64,000 nucleotides of DNA. Source: Octopus sinensis. Its lineage: Eukaryota. The notes below the pieces were generated by a model. It was given only the letters and a program-made list of their open reading frames with translations, was not told where the DNA came from and made no database searches. The position numbers and the translations under genes are program-made. This document shows, in pieces, positions 1-13,383 of this stretch; positions within the stretch are counted from its first letter, which is position 1; each line of letters begins with the position of its first letter. The stretch spans positions 27,404,001 through 27,468,000 of the forward strand of contig NC_043014.1 of assembly GCF_006345805.1 (NCBI RefSeq), in the 5' to 3' direction.

Positions 1-215
1 ACGCAGAGTCACGCTGCGTAAAGAACAGATTCGTTTCCCTCAATACAAGCAGATAGCACTGAGTGGACATATCGACAGATGCGCAAGTAATAAATTGCCA
101 AATTTTCATATCTTCCCATGACACCAATGCAAAGATTCAATCTCAGTACAAGAAAACCTAATCAAGGAAAACCTGTTCATACAAAAGTACAGGACACATT
201 TCAATATACAAATTT
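1..215 (+). mobile_element. 3' remnant of Penelope-like element GIY-YIG endonuclease, truncated by window start
   Basis: Frame 2 reads RRVTLRKEQIRFPQYKQIALSGHIDRCASNKLPNFHIFP*HQCKDSISVQENLIKENLFIQKYR, resembling the PLE GIY-YIG C-terminus (R..H....S.H...C ... E..fI.k). Confidence 0.6.
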
Positions 216-1402
216 AACCATTTTAAAAACTATACTAAGGAGTCAGTTGTCCCCCTTACCACCTGTTGCTTCCCTCTCTAGACTCATTCTTATTTTTCAA
301 ACATCCAAAACGACAAGACCCCTCTGTCATTAGAATTGATTACTGTACAATGTCTCTTGAAAAGTTAATTTAAATAGCGAAAACCAGTTGGATTTCACGA
401 CATCCATATAATATGTATCTCTTATGATAAAAGGCAGATTTTCTCTGCCTGTTCCCAATATTCCTTTTTAATACAATTCTACAACATAGAATTTCTTCAA
501 TTAGAATTTACCTATGCTTTTTCGAAGTAGATTCGATTGGGTCATGGCATATAAAGTTTTTTTCAATTTGACCCCCAATTAAGCAAAAATTCGAGTAAAG
601 TAAATATTTTACGATTTCCCTCTCTTATTTCAAGTGGTTTACTCCTGCTATTACTTCTCCTACTTTCTCTTTGCAAGTGTGAAACTATCAAAGTGAAAGT
701 ATTATATAACAGGGATGAGCCATTAATACTGGTCATCCTTTTTGCTAGAGGAAGATCCGCTATGGTCTTATATGCTACACCACTGGTTTTCAATTCATAT
801 TAATCAAATTAATATTCAATTTTTCACCCTTATTATGTGTGTGTGTATTAGCAATTCGTATAAAATTGCATCAATGACTTGAATAAGTGGTTTCACATAA
901 ATGGGGATAAATTAAAAAGGTTTGTTGTTATTATTATTACTGTTTGACTATTGTAATCACGTTTGTTGGTTCCTCGTCAGGGAAACGTTGTTGTGTTGCA
1001 TTTGTTAAATAATTGTAAACCGTAACCCTCCCCCTTTCGGAGAAGGGGCTTTGGTTATTGTTTAAAAATTTAATTGTGTCCCTGTTTGGGGAAATTGACA
1101 ATATTTTCACCGTCTTTACGGAAGCATTTTTGTTGAAATGCCTTCGATAGAAGAAAGTCCAAAAATGAATTTCGCTGCAGCCGTACACTTCTATACAAGA
1201 GGGAGGACAAGATCCAATTGATAGAAATTGCAAGAGACGGGCTTACAATTCCAGTCTGGTATATATTTTGAGTATTGTTATCACTAGCGATATCAAGATA
1301 TAACTTTCTATTTTGTATTTTATGTGTAGATGTATATATATAGATGTACATGTAATATGTACACATATATACATGCATAATGTATCTACCCATACACACA
1401 TA

Positions 1403-1440
<38 letters not shown>

Positions 1441-1472
1441 TAGGGACAGGTGTGGCTGTGTGGTAACAAACT

Positions 1473-3845
1473 ACGTTCGAAGATACTGTACTTGATATGG
1501 GCGGTAGTGCCTTGCCGGTCTATGGCCTACCTTCAACAAACCGGGAAGGCACAAACACTCTGTCTTCACATTTGCTGCGTGAGACATGTTTTAATGTTGA
1601 CGAGCTTGCCGAATACATAGCCGACAATGAGCCAAAGCTCCCTCCAGAACAGAAGTTCGCTTACAACTCTGTTGTTAATTCAGTCCGGGCCAAAGCTGGA
1701 GGGATTTTTTTCCTGGACGCTCCTGGGGGCACTGGGAAAACTTTTGTCAACAAATTAATATTGGCTGAGATTAGGCGAACACAAGGCATTGCCCTAGCTG
1801 TGGCATCATCTGGAATTGCGGCTACTTTGTTGCCAGGCGGCAGGACAGCTCACTCCACTTTCAAGCTCCTGCTTGACTTAGCGAAGACTGAGACACCAAC
1901 TTGCAACATCAGTAACAGCTCCGATCAGGCAGAATTCTTCAGATGATGCAAGATTATCGTTTGTGATGAATGCACGATGGCCCACAGAGGTGCTCTTGAG
2001 GCACTAGATAGATCTCTCAGAGATATCAAACACTCTTCAGCTCCCATGGGAGGCATAACACTTCTTCTTTCAGGGGACTTCCGACAAACACTTCCCGTTA
2101 TTCCCAAAGGGACTACAGCTGATGCAGTAAGTGCGTGTCTTAAGTCATCCACGTTGTGGCCACTGGTGAAGACTCTCAAACTTCACACCAATATGCGTAC
2201 TCGTATGCGACGTGATATCACATCAGCAGCATTTTCTCACACCCTCCTTGCACTTGGCGAAGGCAAAATACCAGGTGATGAAAATGGTAATATTGCCATC
2301 GATTCCATTTGTACCATTGTTAAAACGCCTTCTGATCTCAGAGATGCAGTGTTCCCAGATCTACAAGCTAATTATCAGAATATGGATTGGATTGGCCAAA
2401 GGGCTATTCTGGCCCCGAGGAATAAAACTGTTCACCATATTAATGATGAAATGCTAAAACTCATTCCTGGGGATGTCTATGTATATAAGTCTATCGATAC
2501 AACTCCTGATCCAGAGGACGTCATCAACTATCCAATAGAGGTACTCAATTCCTTTGAGCCCCCCGGACTACCACCACACATTCTCAAAACTTAAAGTTGG
2601 TGCCCCTATAATGCTCATTAGAAATTTTGTTCCCCCAAAACAATGCAATGGCACACGTTTGATCGTTAAGACCTTATCTCCCAATCTGATTGAGGCCACC
2701 ATTATCACAGGGTGCGGTCCAGGCAACGTTGTGCTCATACCTAGGATGCATCTTTTCCCATCAGGAGCAGACCTACCTTTCATATTTCGGAGGTCCTGGT
2801 TTCCGGTAAGGCCATGTTTCGCAATGTCAATTAACAAAGCGCAGGGTCAAACACTGTCTGTGACGGGAATACATTTGGGAGAGCCATGTTTCTCTCATGG
2901 TCAGCTTTATGTTGCCTGCTCGCGTGTCAGCAGCAACAGTGATGCTTTCGCATTCGTTCCACAACGAAAAACAAAAAAAAATTTTGTACAAAGAGGTTTT
3001 ATAGGATTACTACGTTTCATCATTTTTTAACACGTTAGTATTTCACTTACATACGACTCTCTTTTATGATGGCATTTACATTTTTAGGCGTTTCATGACA
3101 TTAATTCACACTTAACCAACACCTGTCCTTCGCTCACCTCTATTTCTATCCATTCATCATCAAAACAACAGCCTCATCTTCTATATCCAACGTACATGAC
3201 ACATCTACCCCCTACATCTACACTCTCACTGTTAAAGTTTACATAAGCGACAACACGATCGCAACATACACTTTGGAAACTAAGCAACAGATCATTTTAT
3301 ACAACAACAAATTTAATCATAACGCCCATCAATGAAAACATCTCCACCACTGTGTTGTGATTCATCTATTCAGCACCACTACAGTCTTGCCGGTATGACA
3401 TATGGTGAGTAGATGCTATTGTTCTATATTTTATAAATTACCCATATTTACTTAGCCATGTTTCATTCCCCTCTTGCCTACATAGGGCATCCATTCTCTT
3501 TTAACACAGCATGAAGTTTTGTAACAGCACATCCGCTGCCGTTCGTGGAAAACGAAGAGACCCTATTCACCTGCGAACGTTTTACGCCGCCTTCCACGAC
3601 TATCAAATTCTTACAATTATGAGAACAATAACATCGCTCTTTTCAAGGCAACCTCGCATTCAATTCTTACACTATTCTACGAGGGGGTAGGAACCCCTTT
3701 ACACGGCTTTCTATACACTTACAAATACATTCATTCGCCGTAAACTTATATCAATATTTACCTGAATAATCATCATAATTCAGTGCAATCATTAACAGTA
3801 CTTTCAAGCAATTCAGCCCCGAGTATCGCCGGGCAATTCTGCTAG
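1473..3845 (+). mobile_element. 5'-truncated Helitron with disrupted PIF1-like helicase and intact 3' terminus
   Basis: ORFs 1497-1946, 1977-2594 and 2554-3030 carry helicase motifs DAPGGTGKT, GDFRQTLPV, FAMSINKAQGQTL, HGQLYVACSRV with a stop and a frameshift. 3' end has hairpin CCCG-AGTATCGC-CGGG then CTAG (3842-3845) followed by T. Confidence 0.95.
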
Positions 3846-4008
3846 TATATTTATAAAAAAGATATTAAGCTATATGAAACGAAGGCATTTCTCTTTCACT
3901 TTCTATATTTTTTTCACATATTTTCAACTCATAATTTTCCCAATTGGTGTATTCTGAATCTTCAGTATCTTTGCTCCTTATATATTTTTTATATTTCTAC
4001 TATATATA

Positions 4009-4071
<63 letters not shown>

Positions 4072-4075
4072 CTCT

Positions 4076-4450
4076 TTTACTCTTTTACTTGTTTCAGTCA
4101 TTTGACTGCGGCCATGCTGGAGCACCGCCTTTAATCGAGCAACTCGACCCCGGGACTTATTCTTTTGTAAGCCCAGTACTTATTCTATTGGTCTCTTTTG
4201 CCGAACCGATAAGTAACGGGGACATAAACACACCAGCATCGGTTGTCAAGCAATGCTAGGGGACAAACACAGACACACAAACACACACACGCATATATAT
4301 ATGCATACATATATACGACGGGCTTCTTTCAGTTTCCGTCTACCAAATCCACTCACAAGGCTTTGGTCGGCCCGAGGCTATAGTAGGTGCCACGCAGTGG
4401 GACTGAACCCGGAACCATGTGATTGGTAGAAAAGCTACTTACCACACGGC

Positions 4451-4455
<5 letters not shown>
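4076..4455 (-). mobile_element. tRNA-derived SINE of the abundant octopus-type family
   Basis: Reverse complement of the full copy at 43927-44305 (head GTGGCCGTGTGGTAAGTAGCT, GGTTCCGGGTTCAGTCCC B-box-like, tail GACTGAAACAAGTAAAAG). Confidence 0.85.
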
Positions 4456-4503
<48 letters not shown>

Positions 4504-4509
4504 ATATAA

Positions 4510-5170
4510 CAGAATGAGATAAAAAATCCAAGGCTATGAAAGATTTCAAAACATTTATAAAGAGGTCTAACAGCTGTTTCCGGGATATTTTATATATCCC
4601 TTCATCAGAGACGGTGCGAGAAAATGGTTAAGCAATAGTTATTCTCGAGAAGATATGAAATACAGAGTGAAGTGGAAGAATGGAAACTGACGTGAGATAC
4701 GTAAGGATATTGTATCTGCAGTTCCATTATTGAAGCAGAATGGTATACATATAAGTTTCTTGTACTTTGTGTGTGAGTTCCAGTGGCATTTATAACTGGT
4801 CATTCCAAACATAGAGTCTTGTAAACGGTATATTCGATCGAGGGATTTTTGAAGTGACTTAAAAGTTGGGAATGTGTTTGTAAGGTCAAATCAAAAACAG
4901 AAAGAGAGAAAAAAGCGGGGAGAGAGATGATAAAGAAATTAAGAGAGAAAGTGTACTGGCTAGTGGTCAGTCAGGATAAATTGATAGAAGGAAGGAGGAG
5001 GTGAGGGTGATGAGAGTGTAAAGAGATGAGAGGATAAAGAGTAAAGGAGTGTGAGGTATGTAATGATAGAGCCTAAGTGAAGGGCAGAAAGCGGAGGTAG
5101 GGGTAGTAAAATGGTGGAATAAAGAATTTGGGAATATAGGTTAGGCTGCTTAAAGGATAGGTCAGTGATT
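4510..5170 (-). mobile_element. Degenerate Penelope-like 3' fragment / pseudo-LTR
   Basis: Pyrimidine-rich PLE-type 3' region on the minus strand containing a hammerhead-like motif at 4565-4612; flanked by (TA)n. Confidence 0.55.
4565..4612 (-). ncRNA. Type I hammerhead ribozyme-like motif (PLE type)
   Basis: Minus strand GTCT-CTGATGA-A-GGGATAT(ataaa)ATATCCC-G-GAAA-C AGCT GT-T-AGAC: stem I GTCT/AGAC, 7-bp stem II, palindromic stem III ACAGCTGT. Confidence 0.6.
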
Positions 5171-5384
5171 AGTAGTAGAAGAATGTATAGCTCTGAAGAT
5201 GTATACACATGCATATATTCAGACATGTATATAGACATTTACACACGTCAATACATACATACGCATACAAAACCTATGTATGTTACATGCAATCCCGTAT
5301 ATACACGCTCATTTGTATCTAATTTTTGTATATATAAAAATGCTTGCATACGTAGAGACATGCATAGGCTTGCACATGCGTATG

Positions 5385-7760
5385 GACCATAAAGTAACCA
5401 CTGACCCTGTAGCAGGACCACCAACAAGACCAGTCTGTGGAGCGAATATCGCTAGCCACTACAGAATCTCCTACTTCCTCTCAATGATCATACGCCCTAT
5501 AATCCGGATGTCACCTGATGTTTGTGACAGCACGGAAGATCTCCTCAGCAAGATCAATGACTGTAACAACACTTGTTACATGACAGGATGTATGGTGGGT
5601 AGCATGGATGTGGTATCCCTATACCCATCGATCGACGTGGAGAAGTGCGTGGAGATGATCAACGAGAGCAAGGTGGAGTCCCGCAATGTCAACACAAAGG
5701 AACTAGGCCTCCTACTTAGACTGACATGTGACAATGAATACCTAGATAAACATAATCTTAGTAGTTTCTGCCCCAGTAGATGTTTAAGAGGAAGACCCAT
5801 ACAGAGAGATGGCGCGGATGGACCAGAGCCATACGGAGCCCCGCAAATGTCCATCAGGTAAAGAAAATGATCACACATGCACTAGGAGCTAGTATAAGAG
5901 TTACCCTAAAAAGCCACACGTTTAAGTTTAACAATAAAATATATGCCCAGGACGAGGGGGCAGCCATCGGCGTTAGTATCGCTGCTGATGTGGCCAACCT
6001 TTTCATGGTATGGTGGGACAGAAGGCTTAAAGAACGCCTAACACAGAACTCCATACTCGTAAACATGTACTCTCGCTATGTTGATGATATCAACATAGTG
6101 GTAAAGGCACCCCCACAAGAGAGTACTGTTGAAATAGTAATAGAAACTAATACTATGGAGAGCATCCAGCAAATAGCTAACTCCATCCACCAGAGTATTA
6201 AGGTCACAATAGACTACCCCACTAAACACCCCAACCATAGACTACCAGTACTAGACACAGAACTCTGGCTAGAAACTGTGAATTATAAAACCCAAATCCT
6301 TCATTCGTACTATGCCAAACCTATGGCCTCAAAATACTTGATCCACCGGAACTCAACCATTGCGGACAATGCCAAATTCAATAATTTGATGGCAGACCTC
6401 GTCAGAATAATGAGAAATGTGTCACGCATGTGCGAGCCTACAGAGTTAAAGAGACACATACAACGTTTCATTCACCGCATGCAGTTCTCAGGTTACAGCC
6501 ATAAAGAAAGGATCAGAGTATACAAAGGAGCCATGAAGAAATTTGATAATATATTATGTAATGATAGGAATGGGATTTGCCCACTCTATAGGAGCAAGTC
6601 ATGGAACACTATAGAAAGGACAAAGAAGAAAATAGGGAAGGCCAACTCTTGGTATGATAGCCATAAATACCAGAGTGTCATGTTCGTTGACACCACCCCT
6701 AGAGGTGAACTGGCGTACCACTTTAGAAGGACCCTAGACAAACTTAAGCTAAGGATTAAGGTTGTTGAAATGCCAGGCAACCCTATCAAATCCATAATCT
6801 GTAGAACCTACCCTTTTGGCAGAACCCCCTGTACGAATAGGTACTGTAGTGTGTAGATTTAGCCCACAAACAAACTGTAAAGCCAGAAATGTAGTCTATA
6901 GTATAAGATTATAGAGGGACGATGCAGTAACAAGACAACGACATACGTAGGGGAAACGGCACGAAACATAGAAGAGCGGGTAAATGAACATTGGAGAGAA
7001 CTTAAGGAAGGTAAAAGCTCATCGATTCTGTATCAACACGCCGAACAGGAACACGGGGGATCAATCAACAATATAGAAGTTAAAATCTTGTCCACACATA
7101 TAACAGATGCAACAATCAGACAAATTACAGAAGCTACACACATAATAGAAGATAAACCTAGCCTGAATAGGAAACTGGAATGGAACACTAGCACACACCA
7201 CAACATATGACGGTAGAGGATCCCCATAAACTGGTTACAATATAAACAAAACCGGAAACATAATAAATAAACTACACAGATAAATAAACAAATAGAAATA
7301 AATAACTATATAAGTTTTTTTTTTGTTTAATTTAAAAGATTAAAATTTTTTTTTATTTATTATCATTATTATTATTATTATTATTACTAGTATTGTTGCT
7401 ATACATACATACAAGCATACGTAATGATAATAATAATAATAAGTGGATGTAAACACATGAACAAAATAAGAATAAACAAAAACAACAACAAATTACACGA
7501 ACGTATATAAACAGAAGATACAAATATTACAGGCATCCCCACCACACACACACACAAACTAAACATAGACGCACATAGAGACATAAGCATGCGCAAATGA
7601 AGACATACAATAGAAATACAAAATGGCTGACAGTTAGTAAGGAGAGACACAAATAAGAAAGAAGAAAACAAAGGACCACTGATGCGGTCACAGGAGTGTG
7701 ACGAAAGAACCCTGGCCGAAATAAGATTAAGATTAATGTAAAAAATAAATAACACTGAAG
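5385..7760 (+). mobile_element. Penelope-like retroelement (Neptune-like), RT plus C-terminal GIY-YIG, frameshifted
   Basis: ORFs 5280-5861 (SMDVVSLYPSI) and 5780-6856 (GAAIGVSIAADVANLFM, YSRYVDDI); at about 6940-7190 TYVGETARNIEERVNEH...EATHIIEDKPSLNRKLEWN. Confidence 0.92.
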
Positions 7761-8606
7761 CAAAATAACACCAAATATATAGTGTGTGTGTTTTTATTGG
7801 CTAAACTGGCAAAATGATCATTCCGAAATATAACAATATCTGTTTCAACACACGACTTCACATAAAAAATCTTGCACAACAAATTTATATATAATCTGTT
7901 CTGTCTGTTTGTGCGCTTATAACTCGAGTATTGTTCATCTGATTGCGCTGAAATTTTAAACATGTTCAAAATTGTTAGTTTCAAAGTGAGAATCGCTATT
8001 TTTGTAATCTTTATGTCCTGTTTGTTCCGCTATTAAAACAACCAGTTGCTCACACAGCCGGCACGTGCCATTTCGCTAGCAACAAGGGGGGTACAGGATG
8101 ACAGTCAACCAAAACCGTCGCTATTCTGTCTCTTTTCTTTCATCTCTCAGTGGGGTTAATAATCTTAATCTTTAATTACAGTTTCTCATTCAAACTACAT
8201 AATAGGTCAATTGTCAGATTAAGACAGTCGGGTGTTTTGAGGGAGATTTGGCTGCTATTTCTACCAGGTCTAGTTACCATGTAGAGGTCTGCCTCATTGA
8301 TGTTATATATTCCCTATATTTTCCAAAACCGAGTTACAGATTTTGACGTATGGGGTATCAAAAGATTCAGTACTATTTTGGCTACAAATTAAACTTAATT
8401 TTCATTTACATATTTGTATTTCAAAAATTAAACATAATCTTTTCCATAGATCAACTATCGTAAAAATTTTATACGACGACGTCACATTTTCTATATGTGT
8501 CTGTACCTTAAAAGACGTCAATCATCACGACACACACCATCACTCACTCACTCTCTCTCTTTCTCACTCTCTTTCTCTCTCACATACACACGCGCAAGCA
8601 CGCACG

Positions 8607-8651
<45 letters not shown>

Positions 8652-8699
8652 CCATTTCATATAGACGTACATACATCTTTCACTTTCTTTCTCTGTTCT

Positions 8700-9518
8700 T
8701 TTCGCTTTATCTTCTTTCAATTCCTGTTCTCTTCGAATAAAATTTTTACGGATACAACTGCTTACAAAAATAGGAATTAATGTATAATTTCTTTCTATGT
8801 TCATAATTTTTTGCTTACAATACTGGGAATAATATGCCACCAAAGAAAAGATGTAATCTCTCCAGAAACAAATATAAAGCAAGGAAGATTGTAGAAAACC
8901 GAAGGCGAGAGTCTGAAGAGAGAAGCTAGATGAGATTTTCTCAACATCAGCAAATGCATGTTGCAGCATTTAATGCTGGATCATTAAATCAATGTTTTAA
9001 TGATTAGACAGAGGTCCAGTAGAATAGCTCTCAGAAACAGACTACGTACAAATTCGTTCTTCACAACTCCTGAAGCTATTTTCAGATATGATTCATCCCA
9101 TTTTTATAAAAATAATAACTCTGTCCAAATTAGTGTGCTAAACACAAAGTGTCTTTTCTGTAGAACTTTCAAATTTTCAAATGAAACAGGCGGTCAGGTA
9201 AGATTGACAGCACTACCAGCTCCTTCTCAACCTCTTATGGATCTTCTAGAAAGCATTTCAATAAAGTCAAAGGATTTTCTGAACAATATCAGACAATACA
9301 ACTCTGCAAATAACATCGTTTGGTGCATCTAAGAAGATAGATAAACATGAATTTATGACGACGTCAAAGTTCAAGAGCAAGTCTATCACTTTATTTACTC
9401 CACAAATGTTTTGTTGTCAGTGCTGCACTTTCTCATATCAGCTGTTTCAACATAACTGTAATATATTATATACAAACTATGCCATTTTAATCCCGAGCAA
9501 CGCCGGGTGTCTCTGCTA

Positions 9519-9519
<1 letters not shown>
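8700..9519 (+). mobile_element. Internally deleted Helitron (N-terminal Rep-upstream fragment joined to 3' terminus)
   Basis: ATG 8834 MPPKKRCNLSRNKYKARK; 9000-9332 KCLFCRTFKFSNE...LPAPSQPLMDLL...SKDFLNNIRQYNSA is typical of the Helitron N-terminus; 3' hairpin CCCG-AGCAACGC-CGGG and CTAG at 9516-9519. Confidence 0.8.
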
Positions 9520-9553
<34 letters not shown>

Positions 9554-9590
9554 CATAAATATGTGCACATATATACAAATATATATGTTT

Positions 9591-9800
9591 ATGAGGGGTG
9601 CTGAAAAGTTCCTGGCTTTAAGGGTATCGCGAAAGCCCAACCTTCCAAGTTTTTTTTTTTTTTTAACAGGAGTTAGGAAAACTGAAGGACCGCTGCAAAA
9701 AGTGTGTGATTCTGAGAGGAAAATATGTTGAATAAAATCATAACTCATCTTCCTGTATTTTCTTTAACCAAATGCCAGGAACTTTTCAACACCCCCTCAT
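9591..9800. mobile_element. Mariner-type MITE
   Basis: TIRs ATGAGGGGTGCTGAAAAGTTCCTGGC / GCCAGGAACTTTTCAACACCCCTCAT flanked by TA. Confidence 0.8.
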
Positions 9801-10065
9801 ATATATTCATATGTTTGTGTGTGTGTGCGTACTCATTCATAACAACACAAACACACAAATATATAACTTAGATAATTTAGATATGTTGCGGTCAAAGACT
9901 GGCCCAGACTATGTCTAACTTAATAGCATCACCTGATAGGATATTAAGTTACTTTTAAGTCAAGTTTTGTAGTATTATGGCTCATTCAAGTAGGGAGTTG
10001 CAATTGACTGAAGTGTATCCAGATATAGGTACACATATACGTATCATTTTAAATATATTTATATC

Positions 10066-10280
<215 letters not shown>

Positions 10281-10336
10281 GGGAAGTTGCAATGTTGGGT
10301 TTTCTCTATTCAAAATAGAGAAAGAAAGGGAGAGAA

Positions 10337-10368
<32 letters not shown>

Positions 10369-10436
10369 ACATATATATATATATTATATTATGGTATATA
10401 CTACATACACACACGCATATGTATGTATGTATAAGA

Positions 10437-10790
10437 GGAGGCGCAATGGCCCAGGGTTAGGGCAGCGAACTTGCGATCGTGGGATCGCGGTTTCGATTCC
10501 CAGACCGGGCGTTGTGAGTGTTTAGTGAGCGAAAACACCTAAAACTCCACGAGGCTGCGGCTGTACTCTTTCACTACAACTTTCTCTCAGTCTTTCTTCC
10601 TGTTTCTGTTGTACCTGTACTTCAAAGGGCCAGCCTTGTCAAACACTGCGTCACGCTGAATCTCCTCGAGAACTATGTTAAGGGTACACGTGTCTACGGA
10701 GTGCTCAGCCACTTACAGGTTAATTTCACAAGCAGGCTGTTCCGTTGATCGGATCAACTGGAAACCTCGTTGTTGTAACCGACGAGGTGC
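10437..10790 (+). mobile_element. tRNA-derived SINE, second family
   Basis: A-box-like TGGCCCAGGGTTAGG and B-box-like GGTTTCGATTCC followed by a unique body; head resembles the copy at 46330. Confidence 0.75.
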
Positions 10791-10912
10791 CACGATGTAC
10801 ATATATCGGTATGTTGATGACATTCACCCACATCATTGAATTGATTAACACTTACTGTCACGTGGATGAAGAAAATCTTATAAGACTTTACAAAGCAAAT
10901 ACTATCCACAAA

Positions 10913-10945
<33 letters not shown>

Positions 10946-11924
10946 CTGTGTATGTGTTTTTTACTTTGTAGCTCTGTATGTGTGTTCTTGCTTTTGCGCT
11001 TATGACTGTTTCAAAATAGATGCAAATCAAGACCAAGTGAGATGTTTTTTCACAAGTCCTGTTACTCGTGTGCTTAACCTCTTCTTTATTCGAAAATGTT
11101 TGTGAGATGGTGTATTTGTTGGTGAGCATCTAAATGCGTGTAATTCATGTTTTTACTGATTGTCTCCACACATATATAAATATCATAAAGTTTTTTTTTC
11201 TTTTTGGTTTATCATATTGTTCTTGGGAATGTTATATTTACTTCATATACTTCAAAATGTAGATACGTGTGTGTGTGTGTGTACACTCACTCACATATGC
11301 AACTCTTTACATTACGAGTTCACGTTACACCGTAATCAACTTTGCCTTTCATCCATCTGGAGTCGATGAAATATAGTATACTGGACATGAACTCGCAGAT
11401 TTTTACGGCCTTTACCTGTACTACAAACATTTGTTTATTTACTTATTTATATATTTTACTTGCACGAACTACTGCCGAATATTTCTCTCATCAGCTCTCG
11501 ACTGGTGATCATGACAATTTCAACACCTTCCGACAGTATTGCTTCATTCAGAGGTGCCAAGTAGCATTTACGTTAGCAGGGAATGTCTGAGTTATTTTGG
11601 TTTACACCAAATCATGAATTTGTTTCCTCTCCTTATGATGCAGTTGTCACACCAAACCGTGTCAGCTCTAATCACTCTAACCATGCAACATCTATTTCCA
11701 TTTGCTACTTGCAAAAGATCTGTTCTTTGCCATATCTAAGTTAATTGTTCTGTGTTTCCCTGTGTAGTTTGCGAATCACTGCTCTACGAATCTTCATGCC
11801 CACCGCACAAAGAGTAGGATGTTTTAAATCTAGTTACAAAACTACATTCCATACCCAAATGAAATACTGTACACTGCTATACTCTTGCCTCATGCGATTC
11901 ACTATATTTCTTACATTGTGTGTA

Positions 11925-12395
11925 CGAAAGGGTACCCAAAAGAACCGGAATTTCGCAATATTATTTTATTCAGTTAGTTTTATATGCTTACACTTTTATC
12001 GCCTTCAAAGTATTCTCCATTTGAAGCAATGCATCGATCCACACGCGTTTTCTACTGTTCGTAGTGATGCCTTTTAACGCCTTCGTCGTTTTTTTTTATT
12101 AACTTCTTCCACATCTGCAAATTCCGTAGCCCCAGTTTTCGTCACTAGTGATGACCTTCGGAAAAATGTCCGGATCAACTTCCAACTGTTTTTTTCAGTT
12201 TACGACACACATTCAGTTGTGACTGCTTTTGATCACTTCATGAATTTTCACGATGTTTTCATTCGTTCGAGAGGTCAGTGGTCGTCTTGAATGAAGTTGG
12301 TCTTCTAGCGACAAGTAACCATTCCTAAAGCGTAGAAACCACTCATAAACTTGAGTTTTGCTCATGGCAGTGTTCTTGTCAGCTGTTTGAAGCAT
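11925..12395 (-). mobile_element. Mariner transposase N-terminal (HTH) remnant
   Basis: 12213-12395 MSKTQVYEWFLRFRNGYLSLED..SRRPLTSRTNENIVKIHEVI; TIR-like CGAAAGGGTACCCAAAAAGAACCGGAATT near 11925. Confidence 0.75.
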
Positions 12396-12398
12396 ATG

Positions 12399-12461
<63 letters not shown>

Positions 12462-12469
12462 TATATATA

Positions 12470-12517
<48 letters not shown>

Positions 12518-12551
12518 GATAAGAAACTGGAGGAAAAACAACAAACAGAAG

Positions 12552-13182
12552 TGTGTCTGTTGTGCTAAAAAGGCATTATTTAATTAATTAAGCAAGGTGA
12601 GAGTAAGAGTGAGCTTACAGCTGTTTCTGCACTCCTCAAGCGCAATTATTATTCGGTTACTTTGTATTTACGCTCTTAATCGCACTCATACCAGATATAA
12701 ATTTGCGGCTTCCTCTACAAATGTACGTACTACCCACAACCTATAAGTTAGTGACACTTAGCACCTATTAACCACACCGGATATCCATAATTAGGGATAA
12801 CCCCCTCAGGTTACACCGCCGGTCAACTAGCTAAACAGGCAGACACGTGGAAGCCATGCTAATAACTAACTACGAGACCTCGGATTCAACCATCCTCTAT
12901 TCTTCAACTACCTCATAATGAATTTAATGAACTTTGAACACAACTAAAATGTAAGACTTTCGAATCATTGAACTTTTTCTTTTCTGATTTCTCCCTCTAT
13001 CTTTCGCTCTATTACCCTCTTTGTATATCTCTGCCTTCTTCGTTCTGATGACGTCTACCACTTGTAACGAGGTAAACACCTATTTACCCCAACTTTGGTA
13101 CACAGAAACAGCTGTAAACTCACTCTTACCCTCGCCTTGCTTAATTAATTAAATAATGCCTTTTTAACACAACAGACACACT
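12552..13182 (+). mobile_element. Penelope-like 3' fragment flanked by inverted pseudo-LTR segments
   Basis: About 75-bp inverted repeat (12552-12626 vs 13103-13182) enclosing a degenerate EN/3'UTR; hammerhead motif at 13042-13119. Confidence 0.7.
13042..13119 (+). ncRNA. Type I hammerhead ribozyme-like motif (PLE type)
   Basis: GTT-CTGATGA (13045-13051)-long stem II region with GGTAAA/TTTACC-GAAA (13105)-C AGCT GT-A-AAC; palindromic stem III, GUA site. Confidence 0.5.
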
Positions 13183-13350
13183 TTCTATTTGTTGCTTTTC
13201 CTCCATTTTCTTATTGTCTATATATATACATTAAAATACAGTTTACCTCTCAAATTACCTGCTGCCGTATACCTTATACCAAGGACCATACTTACTGAGG
13301 TAATTACCAGGAGTGCCTCTGGATACTTCTATCCTTTAGAGGGCTAACTT

Positions 13351-13383
<33 letters not shown>

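Noticed and set aside
937-1233. 98-aa minus-strand ORF and neighbouring 563-793 ORF
   Set aside because: No recognisable motif; possibly TE debris, cannot be supported
10437-10505. tRNA gene calls at SINE heads (also 46330, 43927)
   Set aside because: The A/B boxes continue into SINE bodies; no complete cloverleaf with acceptor stem and terminator
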